Source of the DNA: Azolla caroliniana
Lineage: Eukaryota > Plantae > Polypodiophyta
Direction: 5' to 3'
Assembly (NCBI GenBank): GCA_043228905.1
Contig: JBHGNT010000020.1
Span: forward strand, 1,922,001-1,986,000
Length of the DNA: 64,000 nt
A model generated the notes under the pieces. That model had not been told where the DNA came from. It saw nothing but the letters and a program-made list of their open reading frames with translations, and ran no database searches. Numbering within the stretch: the first letter of the stretch is position 1; each line of letters begins with the position of its first letter. This document shows, one piece after another, positions 48,901 to 61,158 of this stretch. Made by a program: the position numbers and the translations under genes.

Positions 48901-51900
48901 GAGAGCTTCTTAGAAAGTAGCAAATCGGGGAATGAGTCCAAACTGAGGCGTGGTCCTCTTTTTATAGGCCAAAGATGGCCATTTGGGACTGGATATTCCC
49001 TTGCGACTGTTCATTGCTATTGGTTTGCCCCAACTGTAACACATCCGATTTGTTGAGGGGCTCTGTGATTGGAACCACAACACACCACGCCGATGGATTG
49101 AGGTGAGGGCCTTCTCGATGAATAGAGAAGGCATCCATGGCTCGAGGTGTTATTCATGGGCTTCTAAGTCTTTCCAACGGATGGAGAAGACGCCCATGAC
49201 TCATGGTGTGAGTCATGGACTTTTGGCGTTGTCGTGAAGCAATTGTTTCAACACGTTCACGTTCACAAGTGGAAGGATCGCACATAAGGAATATTCCGTT
49301 TGATTTGGGGGTTTTTTTGGCCATTTCACAAAACACCTTAATACCAATATCATATGTTCTCCAAAACTTAATGAAAAAGTTGGAAATTTCACCATTTGGT
49401 AAAATTGAAAAATGACCAATTTTGGTCAAATACAAAAAGTAACAGTGTATTTTTAAGGAAAAATGACAACTAATAAGTTTTTTGATCTTAAAGAAATCAG
49501 ACACAAAAGTTTCAAAACAATCAACTTTTTGATATCATTCGATAAAATTTTGTGTAAATCTGTTACATATTGTCGCACAAAATATACATTTAGGAGTTAT
49601 TTGTATCACTATGATTACGCTTTTCATGAGAATCATTACAATAGCTAATATACAATTGTGACTCTTCCTCCTCATTTTCAAATGTACCAATCAAAGCATT
49701 GTCTTCATCTAAAACGAAATTGTGTCTCCAAATTGTGTGTAGTAAATCTTGTTAGCCTTCAATCTGAGACACCTTCTAGACTTCATAATTATTTCTCTTT
49801 TACTATGTCTATCGTGGTTGTAAACAACCAAGTGTGATTATGTGCAACAGAAGAGATATGTGTGTATATGTCTATGTGAGAGAGTAAGTAGAGTATATAG
49901 AAAACAAGTAAAGAATATATTATAAAAAAGGATTACAAGAATGACCAATAGTTACAAATAAGGTGGGAAGGTGCTTATAGTGCATTCTCTTTCTACAACC
50001 ACCTCTTTACTAAAGGGAGGTGGAGACTTAACTACACTGAATATATGTCATAGAACTATAAGATTCTATGACATACTAGTTGAGAGGACTACACGCTCCC
50101 GAAAACAACGCTCAGCCACAACCGAGTCTAGGATCAAACATAGAAAAAAATGGGTAATGTACACACGACACAGTAAAGAAAAGAGTACACAGGATGTTTA
50201 CGTGGAAAACCCAAACATGGGAAAAACCACGGTAGTCCACAGACTGCAAACTATCACTATGTTACAATATACAATAGATGAACACAGAGGCAATGACCTC
50301 TTGTTCACTGTCTTCGCCACAGGCGGCAGTTACAACAGAGACAATGTCCTCTTCGTCTCTCACTCTCTCTCTGTACACGGTTGCACTCAAATCTTGCACC
50401 AACAAGAATGACAACACATACTAAGTTTGCCCTAAGTCATATTTATACTAATATGACTTTTTGGCTATTTACAAATATAGCCCCAATGGACTCTCAGAAA
50501 CATATTTACGAATATGTCCCTTCATCCGGTGAGCACTCCTCACCGGGCTTGCATCCTCCGGCTCTTGCCGGGCACTCGTCATCCGGTTCTCACCGGGCCT
50601 TCCTTGCCGGGTACTCGTCATTCGGTTCTCACCGGGTCTTCCTTGCCGGGTACTCGTCATCCGGTTCTCACCGGGTCTTCCGTTGCCGGGTACTCCACAT
50701 CCGGTTCTCACCGGGTCTTCCGTTGCCGGGTACTCCACATCCGGATTCGGCCTCGGCCTATCAGCCTCGGCCAAGTTTGCTCATCAACACTATTCTTCTC
50801 ACTTCCCATCCGGAGGGATCTGTTTCCTAACAAACTCCCCCTTCACTCCGGCATGGGATGTCTTACTAGTCTGATCCGCTTCCGACATGCATCCAGCTTG
50901 TCGGGTATCAGTACTTTGGTGAGCATATCTGACCCGTTCTCGGCCGTGTGGATCTTCGTCAGCGCGAACTCTCGATCTTCTACTCGTTCCCAGATCCAGT
51001 GATACCTACGCTGGATGTGCTTCGTCCTGGAATGGTATGCTGCGTTCTTAGCAAGGTGAATGGCACTTTGACTGTCGCAATAGAGTTGGTATTCGTCTTG
51101 TCGGATACCGAGCTCTCTGATGAATTCCTTCATCCATAGCATTTCCTTGCCGGCTTCCACAACCGCCATGTACTCCGCCTCCGTGGTTGACAACACAACC
51201 GTCTTCTGCAACTTCGACTACCACGAAACAGCTCCCCCTGCATATGTCATTACATACCCGGATGTAGACCGGCTGGTATCCACATCAGCCAACATGTCCG
51301 AATCGGTAAAACCGTCAAGTTGAGGTTTACTGGAGCCGAATCGGAGACACATATTCGAAGTGCCCTTCAGGTACCGGAGTATCCATTTGACCGCGTTGTC
51401 GGGGTATTCCTCGCGGATGCGTGGAATGAGGCGGGACCTCGGGGGTCTTGTACCGAAGAGCAAGAGAGAAAGGAGAAGGGAGGGGACCCACTACGTGCGA
51501 GCGTAGATTCACAGGGACACGGCCCTTCGACACAAAGACGCGAGTGGGACACCGACACAGAGAGACACGAATGTATGTAAATATATATATTAACAAGACA
51601 AACAACAAGAAGCACGAAGTCGGCTACAACCGAACAGGCCGGCGAACAGGTGCCGATGTCTGTTCGTAAACGCGCAGAAAGAAAGGAGTAGGTTAGAGGT
51701 GCTGCCGGAAGCACTCGAGCATTCCTCGGAGCAGCGCGAGCCTCCCGAAACCTGCACAGAAAGAAGCTATGGAGTTTGGGGGGGGGAGAGAGAGAAGCCT
51801 TCAGCCCACAAACCGACAGCACTTCGTCCTCCTCTATCTGCGATCCCTTCCCCCTCCTCGTCTCCCTCCTTTTATAAGCAAGGAAGGAGCCGTTTCCCAT

Positions 51901-52120
51901 TAACTTTCTACCTACCGAATCTACCTACCTAGGATCTTCTATGTACCTAATTCTCTCTTATGTACAATATAAGGCGTACGTGCATGAAGAGCCGGTTCCT
52001 ACGCTCCGGTGTACCGATTCCGCTTGTGGACGGTTTTCTTTACGACATCCGCCCCCACCTAACCGCGCATCCTCCGGCATGCGCCAAATTGAGTTGGGAC
52101 GGAGAAAACCGGTCCAGCCT

Positions 52121-55100
52121 TCATTCCCCGCCCGTCGGTTCTTCCTCGGTTTCGGATCGTTCGTCGTCGCGGTCCAGGTTAACCGGATCCGGCTTGTCGT
52201 CGTGACGCTTCTTGAACGCTTTGATCCGCTTCCCAGCTACCGGTATCGCCATTCTCGTGCTGTCGAGTTCCGCCAGATGGTACGTCCCGTTGTTGTTGGC
52301 GTTTTGTACCACGTAAGGTCCGAACCACCTTCTTGCGAACTTTCGTGTCGCTCGGTGCTGGTTGTCGAGGCTGCTGTCGTAGACTAGCACCCAGTCGCCT
52401 TCCTCGATCTTCTTCGGTCGGAGCCGGTGCGTTCGGTCGAACCGGGCTTTGTTCCTCGTCCTTGCCACCTGAAGCTTTCCCGCAGCCTGCTCCACGTCCT
52501 CCGGCCTTCGCTCGAGTTGTCGTATGCGCGCCGCCAACAGTTCCTCCCGGCTCATCTCGTCTCTCCAGTCCACGGTTGCCCATGAGGAGATCATACGTTC
52601 CATCGGCATGATCGGCTTCTGCCCAAACATGAGCTCTGCCGGCATGAATCCGGTTACCGAATTGTGCGTAGTTCGGTCTGCCCACAACGCGTAAGGCAGC
52701 AGCCGCGGCCAGTTCCCGACTTGACCCCCGCATGCCCGAACTAACGCCTTGACGATCGGTCTGTGCCCGCGCTCCACCTTCCCATTCGCCTCCGGATTGT
52801 ACGCAGTGGTAAGCAAGAGCTTGACTCCTAACCGGTCGAACAACTCCTCGGCCTCTTCGGCGTCCAACTCCCTGCGATCAGCCACGATCTTCCCGATGCA
52901 CCCGTACCGGCATATCACGTCCTCGATCAGGAACCGGCATACGGCCGCGATCGTTTTGTTCTGCAGGGCTCGGCCCTCCACCTGGTTCGTTAGATCTTCC
53001 CGAGCCAGGACCAGATACCGCATCTGCCCTACTCCCATCGGCATCGTCACTAGGTCTACCATCCATTTGAAGTGGATGGTCGGAGGGTAAGTAGGGTGAA
53101 GCTCGTCCCGATGTCGGACTATGGAGTGCATCTGACAGCTCTCGCAAGTTGTCACGAACCGATGCACGTCCCGGTACAGTCCCGGCCACCAGTACTTCCC
53201 CTTTATCTTCTCGAACGTGGCCCACGTTCCACGGTGTCCAGCCCAAGGGCTGTCGTGGTAGGCCGTCAGCAGCTCCTCCTGTTCTTCCTTCATCACCACC
53301 ACCCGGAGCGGGACACCGTTCCTCTTCTTCGGGTGCTTCCATAAGTATCCGTCCTGGAGAAAGAATCGGTATGCTTTCTTCCGGATCCGGTTGGTCTCGT
53401 CCCTCGTCCATGAGGCATCCGGCGTCATGGTCCTTAAGAACCCACCGATCTGTAGCCACTTGCCGTCGTACTTGCTCTCGTCGAAGCCGTTAAGCACCGG
53501 AGTGCTCGTCCCATCGGTCGTCACGTACGCTGCCTCGAAGAAGTCCACGCCGACTTCTTCATCCTCCGAAACCATGCCGCCCTCGTCATCAAACCTCGCC
53601 CTCGAAAGCATGTCGGCCATGGCGTTGTCCTTTCTTGAAATGTGTCGTATTTCCGGGTCCAGGGACTTGATGTACGCTATCCACCTGAGCATCGCCAGGT
53701 CTGGTGTCGCGCATCCGGAAACCATGCCGAGAATGGGCAGGCAATCCGTCTCGATAACCACTTCTGTCCCGATCAGGTAGTCTTTGTCGGCCTTTACTGC
53801 CGAAACGATACCCCAGAGTTCGCGTTTAACCTGGGCGTACCCTCGCTGTCGCTCACTGAGGACCTTTGCGCCGAATCGGATCGGGAACCGAACGCCGTCC
53901 TCTATTTCTTGGTTGACGACCCATCCGATCCCGGTCGGGCTCGTATCCACCGTTATGTATACCGGGGTACCCTTCTCGTAGACAACCTTCCGGAGCGCCG
54001 GTGCTGCCGCAAGAGCTTCCTTCAGCTTCCGGACCGACTCCGTGTGCTCGTCCCGCCACTCGAATTTTCGCCCCTTCTTCAGCAACCCGTATAGCGGGTC
54101 CGCAACGTGGGCGTAATGCGGGATCCATATGTGGTAGAACGCGCATGCCCCCAGGAACCTCCGAACTTCCGTAACCGAGCTACAGTCGGTCTTCATCGCG
54201 GAGATGGCTTCTACCTTTGCCGGAGACGGCTTCCGGCCATATGGTCCACATAGGTGTCCGACCACCAGGATTTCTGATTGCCCGAAGGCCGATTTCTCCC
54301 CGGAGAAGGTGAGCCTCGCATCCTCTAGCCTTTGTAGCACCTTCTCGCAGTCGTCGATGTGTGTTGCCACGAATCGCCGGCATCCGTCCGGCCCGAGTGT
54401 CTCGTCCTTCTCTTCCACAAGGCACCCCTTTATCGGGATGTCGTCTAGAAACGGCATGGTGATGTCCGGGATGCAATCCCTCAGTACCTTGTTCATTGCA
54501 TTCACCATGTGGGCCACCGAGTTAGTCCCTCCTTGTGGCAGGGTACACATTCACACTAGGCCGAGGGGAGTTCGCATCGTCGTAATGTCTCTGCTCTCCA
54601 CGACTAGCTGGAACTGGTCGTACCCCGAGTATAGATCACCGACTGAGTGAACCGACCTTCCGGCGAAGGCCTCCGCGAACTCGTCTATGGTCGGTCCGAT
54701 TCCGATGGTCACTCTGTTGACCGGCTGCAGGTCTTGAATGAAGCGCAATGTTCCGTTTTTCTTCGGTACGGTAAACCACCGGTTCGAGTATGGGGCACTC
54801 GACGGTTCGAGAATGCCCATATCGACTTTCTGCCTCAGTAGCTCCATCAACTTCGGGATGTGAGCTCTTGGTACTGGAATTGGTTTGAGATTCCACGGCA
54901 CATGCGGTACTGTGAATATCACGATCGGCTCCACGATTGTTGGGTCTACGCACCCGATCTCTTCCGGTGAGAATGCGAAGGCTTTCCCGTGTCTTCTGAG
55001 CATTCTCCGAAATCGGTCTTCCTCCTCCGGCAGTAGGAACCCGCCCCCACCGATTTTGAGCTCCCGGAGCGTCCCGTCGGTGAAGGTGTGTCCTACGCAG

Positions 55101-55608
55101 ACCGGATCTTGCAAACTGGGGTCCAACGCAACCCCTCTGATTCGGGACTCACTGCCCTCTGGTAAGGGTGCCGCGACGGGCCTTACCTTCCGGTCCACAG
55201 TCTTGTACTTCGTGCTAACTCGGGCCGTCCGGTCCGACCCGAGCCCCTAACTGAAGTTCGCGATGACTTCGTACATCTCTTCGGAACATACCGGTATCGT
55301 CCGGTCTTCGTTAAGGTCTTCTCCGACTACCTTCCTCAGCATCCCCAAGGTGTCGTCGAAGGAGACCGCCTCCACGGCTCCGCTGATTTCCTCGTCCGGG
55401 CCGAGGACTCCGCACGCTCGAAGTCGCTCCTCCGCCCTTGCCCTTTCTCGGCCAGCGATGCCGACTATCATACACCCTCCGTCGTTGGAGAAGCAAAATT
55501 TTCTACCTATCGTACAAGGATTCTTCGGTTTCGGTTCTATCGTACAGCTGTGGGGTCTTTCCCGAGTGTGCAGACTGTCTCGGCCCCACGCCTTGGCAGC
55601 CCTCTCTA
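52121..55608 (-). pseudogene. H pol (RT-RH-INT), a single frame with two premature stops (55247, 54551)
   Basis: DLYSGYDQF, LPQGGTNS, FLDD, VDTSPTGIG, H..H..C..C zinc finger, YNPEANGKVER, WFGPY. Confidence 0.92.
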
Positions 55609-57713
55609 AAAATCCTCCCGGTTCTCGCCACCGAGGGATTCGCGGTTTCGCTCGTGGTTCGGCCGCACCGTCAGAAATTGGACCAAATGGCGCCCGTCCT
55701 GGCTTTTGACCCTCGCGTAGGCCGAACTGTTGTCCAGCACTTTGGTCTCAATTCTCGCCGCCGTGATGTATGGTTCCCCTAATATGACCGGATGCGAGGA
55801 CGTCTCCTGCACGAAGAAGTGCTGGTCAATCTCGACGTCACCGATCTTGACTCGCACATTCGGGCAAGCCCCGTGCAGTTCCTCGGTGGCGCGCGTCGCC
55901 GCCCGTATCTTCCACCCGTGCTTGGTGTTGATCGGCCATTTTCCCTTCTTATAGAAGTCCATGGACATCAGGTTTATTTCCGAACCGTGGTCCACCAGTG
56001 CTACCACCGGTTCCTGAACATCTCCGATCTTTACCGGGGTCTCCGTGGTCGCTCGGGCCCAGTGTGGCCTCGAATAGTGGCTCTCCGCCCACTCATCTTC
56101 CAGCACCAAGTCGTTGATGTGCGTCGTTCGCACCTCCACCGGTCTTTCCGGTTCTGTCTCCGTCGACAGCCTCTTCCGTTTCACCAAGTCCACAATGGAG
56201 TCGTGGAACTCCTTCTTGGCGATCCCTAGCACTTCCCGCAATGACAGCTCCACTTTGTTGTCGAGGATCCGTTCTTCTAGGACCTTTCGTAGGTCCGTGG
56301 TCCTTTCTATTTCTGTCCCCAGTCGGTATCCGCCCTTCCTGGGGTTATCTTGCAAGCTGGACCCACCGGCATCATTCCGTCGTTGCCCGAATCGGGTCTC
56401 GTACCGTTGTGAGGGCCCGGCCGCTCCGGCTTTCCCCACTCGTTTGTCTTCTACCAGAGCCTCGTAGTTCCGGCAGGCGGCTTCTACGAAGCCCGTCTTC
56501 TCCTCGACCGGGTCGCTCCACCCGGTTACTTCCCGGACCCGTCTCTCAGCGCGGTCCGCTTCATCCTTCCTCAACCGTGCGCTGGCAAGGCCTTCCAGCA
56601 TTGCTGACCAGAATCCGTCTTTGCTCTCCTTTCGGGCCTCACTGCCCCCGACCCGAATGCCGGCCGACGCCGAGTAGTGGATAGCCTCCACGTGTCGGGC
56701 CGCTGCCTCTTCCATCAGTCTCTTCATACCTCCTCGCCCGTCGTTTCGGTTTAGGGCTCTTTTGGTGTCGCCGGCGTGCACCCGGCCTTCCCACAGGTAC
56801 ACCACCCGGTTCCTCAACGCCTCTGCGAAATCGCCGCAGTTCCTCCGAATGTGGCCGACCTCGTGCACCTGTTCCCTGCTGCCAGCCGTCGGTCACGAGC
56901 CGGTTCGCCGCCTTCCCTTCGAGTCTAGGCGATCCTTTATCGCCCGCGTCAACTCCTCCAGCACTGCTCCTCCGGACGAGCCATTGACCATGCCGGTCGA
57001 AGCCGGACCGGTTTCGAACCATTCCCGGGTTCCTCCCTTCGCCCTTGCGGTGCCGGTTCAAGCCTCCTTTCTGTGACAGAGCCCGCACTGGCCGCCCCGT
57101 TGTCAGCCCATTCTCGCCGTTTGTCGAAACGGCCACAGACTGCCTTAACCGCAGCCCAGTCGGTCGTCAGCCTGTCTTCGGTTTCCAGCAAGGAGCCGAC
57201 TTGATCCCGGTCCCGCTCGTCCACCGACTTGACGAACAGTAGGACCCGGCTCGTATCCAGAACGGCTCGGTCAAGCGCCGAAAGGCGCGCAAAGCGTTCT
57301 TCGAACTCCCGGAGGAGTGCCGACGCGTTTCTTCCCTTGCCGGGGGACTCCACCCATTCCATGAAGTCTCGTTTCGAAAGCCGGAGCGCGTCGTCCAGCC
57401 CGTATTTTTCTAGGAGTCGGCCTTCGAACTCCTCCCAGGTACGGCTCTCCGCCCTCACCTCGAGCACCTCCGCATGGATGCTCGGCATCGCCACTCGAGG
57501 AAACCCGGCAAGACGCCTCTCTTTCGGAATGTCCCGCATCAGCATTTCTGCCCCGTAGGACGCCAAATACTTCGTGGCATCCTTTCCGCTGAACCGGCCG
57601 ATCGTACCGATGACCACCTCAATGGCTCTGTCGAGGGTGCCGGTGCCCTCGCGGGCGCTCAATATCCGATCCACGGCCGAAGCCATGGCCTCCGCAAGAT
57701 CCGACCCCTTCAT
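55606..57713 (-). pseudogene. H gag-protease (frameshift or deletion near 57000)
   Basis: Gag FSGKDATKYL; partial knuckle GHIRRNC; protease LVDHGSEINLM...VILGEPY; ends REDF*. Confidence 0.85.
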
Positions 57714-57735
57714 CTTCTGCTCTTCTGCCGCCTCC

Positions 57736-57753
57736 TTCACGTCGGGTTCACCA
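57736..57753 (-). promoter_or_regulatory. Primer-binding site complementary to the 3' end of plant tRNA-Trp
   Basis: The plus strand reads TTCACGTCGGGTTCACCA, which matches my recollection of the 3' 18 nt of plant cytosolic tRNA-Trp(CCA). Confidence 0.85.
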
Positions 57754-59539
57754 AGATGTCGAGGTATTCCTCGCGGATGCGTGGAATGAGGCGGGACCTC
57801 GGGGGTCTTGTACCGAAGAGCAAGAGAGAAAGGAGAAGGGAGGGGACCCACTATGTGCGAGCGTAGATTCACAGGGACACGACCCTTCGACACAAAGACG
57901 CGAGTGGGATACCGACACAGAGAGACACGAATGTATGTAAATATATATATTAACAAGACAAACAACAAGAAGCACGAAGTTGGCTACAACCGAACAGGCC
58001 GGCGAACAGGTGCCGATGCCTGTTCGTAAACGCGCAGAAAGAAAGGAGTAGGTTAGAGGTGCTGCCGGAAGCACTCGGACATTCCTCGGAGCAGCGTGAG
58101 CCTCTCGAAACTTGCACAGAAAGAAGCTACGGAGTTTGGGGGGGGGGAGAGAGAGAAGCCTTCGGCCCACAAACCGACAACACTTCGTCCTCCTCTATCT
58201 GCGATCCCTTCCCCCTCCTCGTCTCCCTCCTTTTATAGGCAAGGAAGGAGCCGTTTCCCATTAACTTTCTACCTACCGAATCTACCTACCTAGGATCTTC
58301 TATGTACCTAATTCTCTCTTATGTACAATATAAGGCGTATGTGCATGAAGAGCCGGTTCCTACGCTCCGGTGTACCGATTCCGCTTGTGGACGGTTTTCT
58401 TCACGACAGCGTTCCGGTGCTCCTTGCTGGGATTGCTCATAAACCGGCTCACCACTCTGACTGCGTATCCAATATCCGGTCGAGTACACACGATTGTGTA
58501 CATCAAGCTCCCGACGACAGAGGCATATGGAACCTTCATCATATCAACCTTCTCTGCTTTCGTCTTCGGGGTTTGCTTACCGGATAGTTTGCATTTTGCC
58601 GGGAGTGTCGATCCGACCGGTTTTGCTTCTAACATGTTGAACCGCTGAAGCACCTTTGTCACGTATTTCTCCTGTGACAGCCACAATTGCTTCATTGGCC
58701 GGTCCCGGATGATATGCATCCCCAGCATTTGTCTTGCCAGACCCAAGTCTTTCATTGCGAAAGTTCGGTTGAGAGCCTTCTTCAGCATCCGTATTTTGGC
58801 TTGGTCCCGTCCGACGATCAACATGTCGTCCACGTACAGAAGGAGTATCAGGAAGTCGCCTCCTTCGAACTTCTTCACAAACACATAGTGATCGGTCTGC
58901 GTCTTGTGGTACCCTTGATCGGTCATGAAGGAGTCGAACTTCCGGTACCATTGTTGGGGAGCTTGCTTCACTCCGTACAGGCTCTTCTTCAACCGTCAAA
59001 CTAGGTGCTCCTTCCCTTTCTCCACGAATCCTTCCGGTTGCTACATGTAGATCTCCTCTTCGAGGTCACCGTGAAGGAATTCCGTCTTCACGTCCAGCTG
59101 TTCTACCTCGAGGTCCATGCTTGCCGCTATACTCAGCACCGTCTGGATGGACGTCATCTTAACTACCGGGGAAGATATCTCGTCGAAGTCCACGCCCTTC
59201 TTCTGTTGGAACCCCTTCACCACGATCTTGGCTTTGTATCTGGGGGGGTTGCTGGCATCTCCCGGTTTCAACTTGTACACCCACTTGTTTCGGAGTGCCC
59301 GCTTTCCTTTTGGCAACTCCACTAATTCGTACGTATGGTTCTCATGCAGGGAATCCATCTCATCCTGCATGGCACTTAACCATTTGCGGCTGGGGGTGTC
59401 ATCCTTCGCTTCTTCGAAGCTTTCCGGCTCTCCCTCATCGGTTAGCAGCACATGCTCTACATCCGGAAATCTTCGGGGGGCCCTTCTCTCTCTGAGAGCA
59501 TATCTCTATCTTTGGCCTTCGGCAACCGGCTCCACTATT

Positions 59540-59929
59540 TGTTCTTCATCCAAATCCGATTCGGGGTCTTGGCCGGTTCCGATTTTAGCATCCTCTACTT
59601 CTTCTTTTGCCGGTTCGGTATCCTCACCGTAACCGGCTAGTTCCTCGAGTGTCAACCGGCTCTTAGCCGGGTGTGTCCGAATCTCATCGGAGTTCATTAT
59701 CTTCTTCTCCAACTCCCAGTTGGCAAGAGTCTTTTGTTCTTCATCCAAATCCGATTCGGGGTCTTGGCCGGTTCCGATTTTAGCATCCTCTACTTCTTCT
59801 TTTGCCGGTTCGGTATCCTCACCGTAACCGGCTAGTTCCTCGAGTGTCAACCGGCTCTTAGCCGGGTGTGTCCGAATCTCATCGGAGTTCATTATCTTCT
59901 TCTCCAACTCCCAGTCGGCAAGAGTCTTG
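59540..59929. repeat. In-frame 195-bp tandem duplication in the G INT-RT spacer
   Basis: KTLADWELEKK...DEEQ occurs twice (65 aa). Confidence 0.93.
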
Positions 59930-60900
59930 TCCTCCATGAAGATAATATCTCGACTCCGGAAAGCCTTCTTGTCAACCGGATCCCACACTCGGTAGCCGAA
60001 CTCATCATCGCCGTATCCGAGGAATATGCATGGCCGGGCCTTTGGATCCAACTTTCCTCTCCGGTCCTTAGCAACATGCACGTACACGAGACACCCAAAC
60101 ACCTTCAGATGCCGGTAGGACATTTCCTTACCGGTCCACGCCTTCTGCGGTGTGTCTCCATCCAAGGGCACTGAGGGTGATTTGTTTATCACATACGTTG
60201 TTGTCGACAGCGCCTCAGCCCAAAACATCTTAGGTAATTTTGCATGCGCCAACATACTCCGGACCCTCTCCATTATGGTCTGGTTCATCCTCTCGGCCAA
60301 CCCGTTTAGTTCTGGCGTCTTCGGCACGGTAAATTCGAGCCGGATTCCCTTCGAGCGACAGTACTCCTCGGTGTGTCTCCATCCAAGGGCACTGAGGGTG
60401 ATCTGTGATGGAAAATAAATCGACACTTTCCAAACTTCACCTCTCGGCCACAACCAAGGAAACACACGAATCGTTGTTGCAGAAAATGGGAAATGCGAAA
60501 AATAGAATGGACACACGATTTAACGTGGAAAACCCTGTACGGGAAAAACCACGGGAGTACAAGACTCCGAACCAAAACTATGCACAGAGAAATATACAAT
60601 GGCGAGCTGCAAGGCAACGACCTTGAGCTCGCTGTCCTCGCCACAGACGGCGGAAATACACAGAGGCGTCGACCTCTTCCTCACTCACACTCTATCTCTC
60701 TCGCGGCTACTCTCTCTTCACTCCTCTTGAGTAAAAAAAACAGAAAAATGATAAGCAACAACATTTAAACTGTTTGCCCTAAGTCATATTTATACACATA
60801 TGACTTTCGGGCTATTTACAAATATAGCCTCAAGGGCTCTTGGCAAACATATTCACAAATATGTCCCCGCATCCGGATCTCTCTCCGGGTACATTCGTCA

Positions 60901-61096
60901 TCCGGCTCCGTAGTCGGGGTCTTCAGCATCCGGCTCCGTAGTCGGGGTCTTCAGCATCCGGTTCCGTAACCGGGGTCTTCATCATCCGGCTCCGTAACCG
61001 GGGTCTTCATCATCCAGCTCCGTAGCCGGGGTCTTCATCATCCGGCTCCGTAGCCGGGGTATTCATCATCCGGCTCCGTAGCCGGGGTATTCATCA
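60901..61096. repeat. Seven 28-bp U3 tandem repeats in the LTR of I
   Basis: TCCGGCTCCGTAGCCGGGGTCTTCATCA units start at 60901, 60929, 60957, 60985, 61013, 61041 and 61069. Confidence 0.93.
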
Positions 61097-61158
61097 TCCG
61101 ATTCCCGGATATCCGACCATCCCATCCGGAGGGACCGTAATCCCAACAAACTCCCCCT

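Larger units (their letters stand above)
51397..58408 (-). mobile_element. Ty3/Gypsy LTR retrotransposon H, no chromodomain seen (possibly Phygy/Selgy-like)
   Basis: LTRs 51397-52047 and 57757-58408; 4-bp TSD GCGT; PBS 57736-57753; PPT AGGTGGGGGCGGA 52048-52060; PR-RT-RH-INT order. Confidence 0.96.
50081..60405 (-). mobile_element. Tork-like Copia element G (C subfamily), interrupted by H and I; 5' part not in window
   Basis: 3' LTR 50081-50832 homologous to the C LTR; PPT 50833-50844; RH 50843-51396; RT/INT 58409-60405. Confidence 0.92.

Noticed and set aside
46980-49800. Short ORFs in the AT-rich interval
   Set aside because: No recognisable motifs or splice-consistent structure; probably decayed repeats.
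56949-57968. H gag starting inside the LTR (339-aa ORF)
   Set aside because: The upstream part crosses U5 and the PBS from a non-ATG start. The first plausible ATGs are at 57713 and 57686.
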